Source: Balanoglossus misakiensis (lineage: Eukaryota > Animalia > Hemichordata). Taken from it: DNA of 64,000 nucleotides. Every line of letters begins with the position of its first letter. Position 1 is the stretch's first letter. The translations under genes were made by a program, and so were the position numbers. Where the stretch lies: assembly GCA_040954595.2 (NCBI GenBank), contig CM082579.2:5817625-5881624 (forward strand), read 5' to 3'. Under the pieces are notes generated by a model. That model had not been told where the DNA came from, did not search any database, and worked only from the letters and a program-made list of their open reading frames with translations. Shown here piece after piece: positions 1 to 12,938 of this stretch.

Positions 1-589
1 AAAGTTTTCGCGTTGGCATCCACTATGAACAATGGAGGGAAGTCAGCATTATTTTTCTCATTTCCTGTTTCGTACAAAGTACATCAGGTCACACCAACAC
101 AACAGCCTTACTCTGCGCTGAAACTATGATCACCTTTGCTATGAGTATGAATTATCAACAACCAACATCACAGGTGCGTTTATGATTACGCGTACTCCAC
201 ACTCCTAAAAGATGACGAGAATCTATACATTCCAAGTCAACCCAATCGGCCTCACACTTCTCTCTCGACATGGAGATCCGCCTAATATAATTTAATTTTC
301 TCCTGCCAAGGTCTATCATAAAGTTTGAACATCATCACAAATTTCACGGGCTAATTAATTCCTGAACAATATCTTGAAAAGGCTAATCCCCCCGCTGACA
401 TTAAATCAATTACTCTTGGGGGATTCGTAATTACGGCGCGGTTTACACACTGCCTGCGACCGGGGAAAAAAAAGTCGTCATAACAGTAACCAATCATCTC
501 TTTCTTTGTGGAATATTATTCAGGGTAGTTCTTGCTATCTGATGCGGAGTCGAGGGTGGAGATGGGGGGTCACAGATCTGCCTACCTGG

Positions 590-666
590 CACCACCATGG
601 TTCAGTCCAAACCAATTCTAAGGTACATGTAAGGTTGGACCTCTAAAGCAGGGGGTGAAAGAGTAA
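590..666. repeat. Partial copy of the 90-bp MITE-like repeat
   Basis: CACCACCATGGTTCAGTCCAA...AAGGTTGGACCTCT...GGGGGTGAAAG matches the copies at 46516 and 49210. Confidence 0.6.
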
Positions 667-1714
667 AGACCTTTTCTGGCAAATGACCCAATTTTGCCAA
701 CCATGCATATCACACACTAAAAGAGAGGCTACGATAGACCCATCACCGCGCTTAATTTATTTTTCTTTCATGAATCCGGGGCAAAGGTGGGCAGAAATGG
801 GTCAGAAGGCACACTGACTACACTGTGTTTACAATGTCACCCTGGTATCTATTTACGACAGATCAATCGGGAGGGCAAATGAGGTCGCAACTTGGGTTCT
901 GTCAATACAGATGCCACATGGCCTGACTGTCTCGCCCAACACAAAGCTGGCCTTTCAAGTTGTCTCCAGTCAACGGCTGATAACCGGTGAGGACAGGACC
1001 CACATGTAGATAAACCCAGAGCATACACAATGATAAGCCTGAGCACATTAATGATAAAGTCTAAATGGACCGACGCAGCAGATTTCAATTCCTGTGTCCA
1101 CACTTACACATGCCTATTACTCAAGAGTCAGCATAATAACAACGCTTTTCTACGCCAACATCAACAGCAAGAGCTCAAACTCTCTCTGCCGTCTTCAGAC
1201 CAAAATATACAAGGGCACATTTGCCGGATTCTTGACGACAATGTCAAGACGCACTGCCTGACCTTGTGTAACATCTTCACTTTTGACTCCCCACCCCATC
1301 CTCCTAGGCTCTCTCTAAATTTATCTCCCTCTGTCTATTAATTAAAAGGGAAATACAGTGGGTATTAGTTGACAAGTTAAATACCCTTCGGGAGACATTA
1401 ACTTAATTGAATGTTTCAATTATATTGGCCATGCTTGGCATTAATTTTTTCCCCTCAAATCTAATTACAAGTTTCACCCACAGGTGACTTTCTTTAAGAT
1501 GAAACTCCCAAGACTGTGAAACAATGCGTACAAATTGATCAAATAGTCCATGTGGGTCTTATATTTGAGTTTTATATTAATGTAATGAAAACAGTCTTCT
1601 CAAGATAGGTACATGTCTTTGAATGACAGGGGCATTTTCTCATAACAGTTCAATTCCCACTGTGCTTCAATGGATAGGACTTCAACAGGGGTGAACAAAA
1701 CTCTGAAAACTTAC

Positions 1715-4700
1715 CACACTCTTGGAAGTGGTGGCAGCGCTGCTCTTCGAAGACCGGGGAGTTGTCGGCTGATCCTCGTCCTCCTCCTCATCGTTGCTGT
1801 GGAAACGCCGCCTCACCGATCCGGCCGGTATGTGGGCGGTCGTGGCGGTCACCGTGGTGGACCTGCGCGTGGAGTTCCCGCAGTTGGCGCAACTGTGCAA
1901 GGTGTGAACGGTCTTGCAAGAGCCCGACGACGGGTTGCTGTTCCTGCTCATGTCTGAGGTGCTGCTGCTGCTTCGACTGCCGCTCGTGCTGCAACTCCTC
2001 GCCGCTGACGAGCCGCTCGCGCCCCGGAGGGACGCAGCCGTGCTGTTGCCTGACCGGCCGGGGGTCGCCGAGTTGCTGTTCCTGGCCGAGGAACCGCTGC
2101 CACCGCGGTTTGCAGCTGACGAACTGCAGCCGCCCCTGCTGCTGCTGCTGCTGTTGCCCGAACCGCTGTTACTCCTGGGGCAGCAGGTCAGGACGGTTCT
2201 GTTCTGATCCACCACACTGCTGCCGATGCCAGGAACCTTGGTCAGATCGTCAACACTGCTGAAACTGCCAAGTGCCTGAAGAAAACAAATCAAACCACAA
2301 TTAGAAAAATATATTCTTTACGTACGGTATAACGGCATGTAGGGCACTTGTTTCCCCTGCGTCGACCAAGCAAGGTGCACATGTATGCATTCCAGTTCAA
2401 AAGCAAGAACTGGAATCAACAGGTTGACGTCTGGGGAAGTGGGGAGGGGGACTGAAGACATATTTTGTCATTCGGCATGAAGGAATGCAATGGTTCACAC
2501 AGCAACAACAATAGTTTACCTAGCAACTTCATGGCCGTCACCTCAATTTGTTCATCGGGCGACAAATTCAGTTCGCACAAATGACGTCATTTGAGGAGCG
2601 TATCACCGACACACACAAAAATACTTTTGAAAAATAGTGCAAGGTAAATCTGTTTGGAGCGATTCTATTGTATCGGTCCCGATACCTCTTGACACACTTA
2701 ACAAGCAATCGGACAAGAAAGACATCACAAGTGCTGAGAAAAATTTCAAGAATGCAAGTCCCCGGAGAAGAAGAACGACAGCAACGCCCCATTTTGTATG
2801 TGTGTGTGTGTGTGTGGTGGGGGGAGGAATATTAACACAATTTCTCGGCAAAATTGAACCCCTTTCAAACCAGTCTTCTGTGTTTTAACAAATACAACAC
2901 CAGAGGGCAGTATGTTATTCTCTACAACAATCCTCAAAATGTTTTATTAATTAATTACAACCTTACCAAGTGCTATTTAGTGCTATTATTTTCTTCAATT
3001 TATAAAACAATGGAATTTTCTTTTATCTATCATATTCAAACAATAAGGCCGATATGAAAATTCTTACTGCGTCATGTGTACCTCACATCATAGATCACAA
3101 TAGCTGTTTTTGGACTAGCGTATTTTTCACTTATTCATTACAAATACATTATTTCCCAGGGGCTCTTAACATTTTCCTTCCCTTTCTGAATTTCTGAAAG
3201 CATATGAAACTGAATAATACCCTGCAAATTGTTGGTATGAATTCTGAAGACCAATTGTCCCGATACAATATGTACACAAAGAATGTCACTCTCGACTGAA
3301 ATTTATTTCAGAGAGACCAAAAAAAATAATATAAAAGTCCACTGCCTAGTAGATCTTTCATATACACTTTCTATTGAGCTTTTTTAAAAAAAAAGCCAAT
3401 CCAAGCAATGATCAGTAAGACATGAATGCATCAAACACAATAAAGTGTGAACTCACAATGAAGGGAGACATAAATGGAATGGATACGGAATAATCAGCCA
3501 CTAGGCTGCCAGGAATAAATTATTAATAATACAAGTAATTTGAAATGAAAACTGGTGTACATCTACATGAACATAGAATGAAAGCAGACAACCAGTATGA
3601 ACAGAGGCAATTCAGTAACTATTCTTATATTTTCTTTCTGTGTAAACATTATCTTTGATATCAAAATGGATAATTTCCAGTTGAATATCCATAATGTGAG
3701 CGGAGATGACGGAGATGACTTGCAAAGGCTTTGATGACTCCATGTACGTACAACAAGAAACGTGACATGCTAAGCCATACCAATAACACAAATTACGAGA
3801 AAGCCAGACTGATTTTATACACTGGACAAATACATACCTTTTCAACCAAGAATTTGAAAAGACAAATAATGTTTTTTCTCTATCACTCTCTTTTACCGGA
3901 AGAATAAGATCCGTTTTTCTCCACAATCCCATTTAACTTTCACTAGGCAAACAACACTAAATGGGTCATCATATTACATGTACTACATCAATTTTGTAAG
4001 CGATGAATATGGCGATAGGCTATTCAGACTGCAGATAACATTCACAGACGATAAGTCCACTTCCCTTGCGACTGGGCTTACTTGGATTAACCCTACTGTT
4101 TCCCCAATCGCGATGGTTGCATCCACTTCGGAAAACAGGGATGTCAGGTTCCACCTGCCTGTGTACTTGGTTTTTTAAGCTTGCTCGAGTGAGGTCTGCG
4201 TGGCATGGACGTGACAATTCTACGACAAATGCCAGACACGTCCACGATTGTGCAACCTGTCGCTGTCGGCATCACAATGAGATTTTGATTATTCAAATTC
4301 ATCACTCTACCACAGGGAATACACCTGAAGAGGAAAACAAGACACTCCCGCCCTTGCGTTTAAAAAAAGAGGATTATTCCTAAATCATCACCTATATTTC
4401 TCATCCTCTTCAACAGCTTCATCCCTGACAGAACATATCTGTTTCTCACGAAGAAATTTTACGCCCAAAAGTCTGAACGATGATTTTTATCTGCACGAGT
4501 TGAAAAGTGAAATTCACAACCATTTTGCCGATACAATTGAAAGAAAATCAATCAATCAACGGATGATATTCCGCTCAAAATAAAAAGAATCTACAAAAGA
4601 AATTTCACCAAGATGATGCCACGCGTATTGACGGCACAAATATGAAAACCGATACGCCCATAAAACCGTGGTATATACAAGCGGGCCTAATTGAATGCGA

Positions 4701-7700
4701 CTATCAATATCACTCTTCATTTCCAACTATTGAGTCACACGGATATCATGCTGACAGGCTCTGTGTTACTTATTCTGAATTATTTTACGCGTGGACAATC
4801 TGCACCGATGCTACATTTAGACACACAAGCCTTCAGTGACGACCTCTCCCGAGCAAGGTCGGAGATTAAAAGATGGGAATCGATGTCATCATGAATGTGT
4901 TATGAAAAAAAATGTCCATGTTTAGAAATTAGATCAATGTGTTATGCACTCACATGGTGAAAAACAAGAAGCCCAAAATAGCTAACCTGAATATTTTTTT
5001 TCTTTTACGATTTATACCAGTACACAAATATTCTGTCGAATATTCTGTTGATGTATCAGTGTTTTTATCAAGACAATAATTATCCAATTAGATGTGAAAA
5101 TTAAATCATCTACACTCTTAATACAAAATACTAATTATCACTGCAAACCATAAAAAATATTTCATGCACTTAATCAAAAATACGGGACTTGAATTATCAC
5201 CAGTAAGATTGTGACTGCAGACATAGTGATCAATCAAAACAACACATAGACATATATGAAATATTTAATAGACCTCCTGCAGGCTTTTATCTTAAAATGA
5301 AAAATACTCTACTTGGTAGCCTCATTTACCATAAAATTGAAAGCAGCCCATGTATGCACACACACACACACACACGCACACACAGAACTTGCAAATGCAA
5401 GATGAAAAGCCTGCCACAACAAAGAGCACCAAGCTCCAGCATCACAGAAAATCAACCATGACCTCCCCTGACCCGATCATCACAAGGTTGCGACCCCCCC
5501 CCCCCCCCCACCTCTCCATGCTTTTAGGGAGAAAGCAATTCAACCCACCACAATGCCTGATTTGCATGCGGCAGACGACTCACCATTCAAAGAAAGACTT
5601 ATCAATATCACTCAAAAGGAACCATGCCCAAAAATTATTTCCACATATTTTATGCAAACGACAGGAATTCAACCAAATCACACACAAACAAACAAACGCA
5701 CAATTAGGGAGGAAATTTCGGAGAGATGGGCATGGCCGAGAAAGCACAACTCACCCCGTCTGCAGCTTGCTCTCGTAAAACCTGCTAGTCTGCGAATCCG
5801 GGAGGTTAATGCATTCAACTGTGCATGCATCGCATTCACAAATACACTTGCTTTCCCTCCTGGCCACCGCGACGTGCCTGCTCGCAGCCCATTACATTAA
5901 TGCATCATCGTCATATTTATATTTGATCACCCTGTTGTGGCTATCAATATTCATGGCCCGGGGCAAGACACTGCATTATTATATACAGCTCCATTTCATA
6001 TTCAGCTATAATTAGGTTCACAACATTTGAGTCTGATGTGCTATTGACTCGGGCAGCACAATAACTGCCGATATACGCGATCCATCCTAAGTGTCTACCA
6101 ACGGTATATGGTAAAGGTCAGCTTTCCGATGAACCAAAGGTCGCATGTGCTGTTTACAACACAATTCTCCGACGCCAATACTAGTACGCGTAGATGTTTG
6201 CAAACACCTAAACAGAATATTTTTTGAATATTAACAATTTTATATCTTGTCAAAAGTAGGTCAACCAGATGCTAATAAAATATAAGCTAGTTAGGTAGTC
6301 TTGATTTAACAGCAGCTCACACACACACGTAGTGATAATGCTTTAGATCCTTTGTCAGGCTTTAGATTGCTCACTTACTGACTCGTTTGAAATATGTCTC
6401 TTTTTCACCTTCAACTGCCTATAAGCCCATTGTGCAAGGAAACTCATACAGTTACAAGTCATATATAAATGACTACTACCGTACAGCTACAGGATCTGCA
6501 AGTAAACGAACTTGTGTGGCTTCCATGTTTTGAAAATCCAAGTGCTTGGTATCTTCAAACTAAGGCTTCATTGCATCTGTTTGCGAACAGGGGGTAAGGG
6601 GATTTTTTTCATGTATATCAATGGAGAAAAATCCTGCATTGGCACAGATACAGAAGCAGAGCAAAAATCAGACACAACCAACGTCATAAGTATCTGCGCC
6701 AACGTGTACACTCCCCACAATGCACATGCTGCATTGGTTTTGTCAAATACCTAAGCTAATCCTGCCCTAGTTACATCTTTCAATGAGTGAGGGGGGAAGG
6801 ACTTCAAGCCACCCTGTGGGGAAGTTGTATTTACAAAAGCCGCATTCTTTCACTGTGGCTTTCAAAATAAAAGAGGAAACATTTCACCGCATAAAAATGT
6901 TGGCCCAACAAATAACACTGACCCGGGGATGTAGGACAGGGTCTGTAATCAATATACCATTTCACAGTGTACAAACGCTCTCTCATTTCCGATGACTGAA
7001 CATTGACACATAGTACTCAGGTGACATTGGGATGACCTTTGCATATGCATTTCACAGAGCTCCCAAGTAGGAATTCTTGAAACAATAATCCCATCATCTC
7101 CTGTGAAGTCTCTAACCACACATTTTACCACAAATCATGAGCTACCTATCATTGGTTACAAGTTCAAGTTTTTGTTCAATTAATTATGAATCCAGACAAA
7201 GTCATCAAGATTGTGACATACCGAATGTGAAAGCGGATCTGATTAATAAAACGTGTAATTAACAACATGAAAACATGATATCTGAAGACAAAAACATCAT
7301 AACCCTGGTTGCTACCGCTATCACAAAAAAAGATGTCTATATTATACGCATGTCACCAATTTGTTTTCAAATCAACTTTTTCAGGGGTATTGTCATACAT
7401 ATCTTAATCTAGTTAAAAGTTAAGTGACAATGGTCCATGAGTGCCATCAAAAATATGTGAAACAACAGGAACTGAAAGGTGGTTAAAATGAAAAACAAAA
7501 CAATACCTTTTGGGGTTCATATAGTACGAACAGTGCTGAAGACTAGACGACCGTACCCGACCCAAACTTCCCAATATCACGTTGAAGTGAAAACTAAACC
7601 CTGTGCATGCCAAGAATGTAACCACGCAAGTGGATGCCTTCTCGTATGAAACGTGCACTGGAGCTACTTTTGAATAAAGGGAAGGGTCAAAGTGTGTCAC

Positions 7701-8148
7701 ATTTGACTTCTGTTCTGGGGGTTACAATGGACGACAGTCCAGCCTCCCACTGCCAAGGCTAGACGTCTAGGTCAAGCTAGGTGATAATAATTATGCGTGG
7801 CGGCACTGGATTTCATAAAATCATTATGTCGTTGCTAAGACCTCATTTCTAGTCTTTCCTGTCTGAACCTGACCACGACGCTGTTTGTATGGCACGTGCA
7901 TTTGTATGGTGTGTACAATTGAAATGTACAAGTACGTAACGTAAGCAAAACTAACATAATAGAACTCTCTCATCTCAACTGATATAAACTTTAAAAACAA
8001 CACACTCGCCGTGACCACACGCAGAAGTGACACTGCTTACCTTTCTGGATTCGATGATAGCCTCGGCCTTAGCCCGTCCTACACCAATCAAACTCTCCAA
8101 ATCTTCGGCTGAGGCCACGTTTATGTCCACCTTTCTACTTGATGTCAT
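1715..8148 (-). CDS. 5' portion (2 coding exons) of a gene with an N-terminal ComEA/HhH_3-type helix-hairpin-helix DNA-binding domain followed by a Ser/Gly-rich low-complexity region; possibly EEPD1-like; continues left of 1715
   Basis: Exon 1, 8148-8041, reads MTSSRKVDINVASAEDLESLIGVGRAKAEAIIESRK and ends at a GTAAGC donor (phase 0). It is absent from the ORF track. Exon 2, 2275-1715, follows a TTCAG acceptor, reads ALGSFSSVDDLTKVPGIGSSVV... and ends at a GTAAGT donor. The joined peptide matches the ComEA-type pattern (IN.AS.E.L..L.GVG...A.AII..R...G.F.SV.DL..V.GIG). No EEP nuclease domain is visible, so the EEPD1 identity is unconfirmed. Confidence 0.8.
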
Positions 8149-8841
8149 TGTCTCTCTAGCTCTGCGTGCAAAAAGATCGTACAGTGGGTGTCAAACTTGA
8201 AGCGTCCTATCGACAGAAGGTTTTACGATACAATCGGCTTTGGCCGGCGACCACAAATCTTAATTTCAGGCCTCCGGTTCAACAGACGCCGTTCAACAAC
8301 AATACGTGCCCTGGCCCTAATCAAAAGATTGTATGTACCCTCGCCTTGTCAACGGCGGCGCCGCTCATCACGAAGTCCGCAGATGAAAGTGTAAACACAA
8401 ATTTCGAAGTGACAGCGATCCTTTATGTTGCTAAGAAGGGTTCTTGACTATAAATAAACCGTTTCCCGATGGAAACAAACGATCACACCTATAGCGGTGT
8501 GCACAAACGAGAAAAATCGAACCAAATCCACGACATTTACGAACGAAACGGTCAACCTACGATCACAGGGTCACAGAGTCCAGTTCCGCCATTTTGGATA
8601 AGGAAGCTCACATGTGTATATGTGACGTCAGTCGAACACACCCGAACAACTTCCGAGAATGAACGACAAATAACAGATGTAAAAAGCAAATGTCTTATAT
8701 TTTGATTTACGATGTATAATAATATCGACAGAATTAATCTGTACAATCTATGTACAAATATACAGTAAAAAGAGCATTATGTTGTGGGAAGTTGCTAGTA
8801 AAACCTTTACGTAAATTGAAAGTCGCAAAACTTGCCAAGTT

Positions 8842-8913
8842 GGGGATGTAGCTCAGTGGTAGAGCGCGCGCTTTGCATGCGCGAGGCCCCGGGTTCGATC
8901 CCCGGCATCTCCA
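8842..8913 (+). tRNA. tRNA-Ala (anticodon TGC)
   Basis: 72-nt GGGGATGTAGCTCAGTGGTAGAGCGCGCGCTTTGCATGCGCGAGGCCCCGGGTTCGATCCCCGGCATCTCCA. It folds into a canonical cloverleaf with A and B boxes and anticodon loop TTTGCAT, and a T-run (Pol III terminator) follows about 7 nt downstream. Confidence 0.97.
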
Positions 8914-9127
8914 CTTAAATTTTTCTCCGCAGGCTCAAAAAATGTACAACGAGTAGAATGCCACCGAAAATTACACTATTTTTTTTGTCCTTGATAGATG
9001 TGCAATTGAAGGCTTCAATTATCTCCCCAATGTTTTATGAGCTTTAATAGCTGATAGACGTCTTGAGATATGTCACATTTCTTATTCTAGGAAGTTCATT
9101 TTTAAAGACCGTGTGCGACGGACTGTT

Positions 9128-9158
9128 GACAGACAGACAGACAGACAGACAGATAGAC

Positions 9159-9206
<48 letters not shown>

Positions 9207-9207
9207 G
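9128..9207. repeat. Compound (GACA)n(GATA)n microsatellite
   Basis: Directly visible tetranucleotide runs. Confidence 0.95.
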
Positions 9208-9451
9208 CGATTCTAAGACAGAACAATTGCACGGGTGTGCGTAAAGAAGACAAACTTATCGGGATATATAGAGGTCTCTTTGTCTAGCGGTCATCTTAGG
9301 CCAAACGCTTTGTATCCTATACCCAATACAATAGACATTACTCAGAAACGATCTCTTGGTTCCAGTACTATTTATGGTAATTCCCACGCAGATGACTAAA
9401 CCGCGCATGCACGTCGAAAAAAAGTTAATATTTAACGTACATTCACTTAAA

Positions 9452-11741
<2,290 letters not shown>

Positions 11742-12938
11742 AAGGGAGTCTTGTCTGATTTGTCGTCTGTAGTTTTTTTCCTTGTTTGAAACGAACACTG
11801 ATTTTTATTCCACGCTGTAGATTTTGAAACGTTGTATATGTTGAAAACTTATGTGCTGTGCTTCTTTTAAATGTTGAATTTTGTTTTCGAATCCTATAGC
11901 AGGCCTGAGACTATTGCGGTACAGTACAGTCCGTAGTCTATTTAAGACAGTAAAAGTCACTTGATTTATAAATATTTTTGAAAAATGTTACCATACCATC
12001 CAGCTCAAACAAATTATGATTGATGGTGTACTTTTTGCTCATACATGCATTGCTTGACATAAACACGGTCACTCCAGACACTCCAACTCCGTTGGGTAAT
12101 GGCGCCACCAACGGCAACACCGAAGTGGTGTCAACAGCAACAAATCTCCGCAGTCAGTCGTCAGCTGACAGGCGATAATCCACTCTCCTCTGGAGTGACC
12201 ACGATCTGGATTCACGAAAGCAGACCAGTGGTAATCGCACACACTAAATTCGCGATTAAATGAAGGCGACAAATGTCAGAGAAGTTTTTTTTTTCATGGA
12301 CATTCGTATATTAATATGTAGATTATTCATATGTAGATTACAACTGCTTTTTCACATCACTGGAATAATAGTTAATGACGTCGACTTTTCTCAGTAGTTC
12401 ACAAGTGTACTTTGCTAAGTTTGTTTAATAAAACGAGCTATAAGAAAAGATGTACTTTGGAGTTCAAAAGAGTGTTTTTCTACTGTGCGTCACTTCGAAC
12501 AGACGCCCATCGAGGTTATGTTCACAACTGTATACTGGAGATTTTAGCATGCTTTCATAGCCTGGGGAGTACAAGAATCTGAAATTGAAGTGGATACACG
12601 GAACAGAAATACTGGAAAAATAGTCATAAATCATCATGAAAACTGACAACTTTACGATATCTGTATATACATTCACAAGTTCGTGTTTCAATTGTCGTCT
12701 CAGGATGGGAAAGTGGCCAATACACAAACTTTTTAAAACAAATATTTGTCAAGGTGCTGCAAGAGTTCGCGCCCCTTGCTAAGCTATCACCTGCCTCCGT
12801 CAGTAGTTAGGGTCAGGTGAGTGTCTTGACTGCCAATGTGTCAGGAATCATAGTCCTGGTGTGATTGATCAGATGACTGTTTGCACTTTTAAACTTTGAT
12901 TCGGGCGGTGTTGTTTATGTGGAGTCATCTCAAATGTA

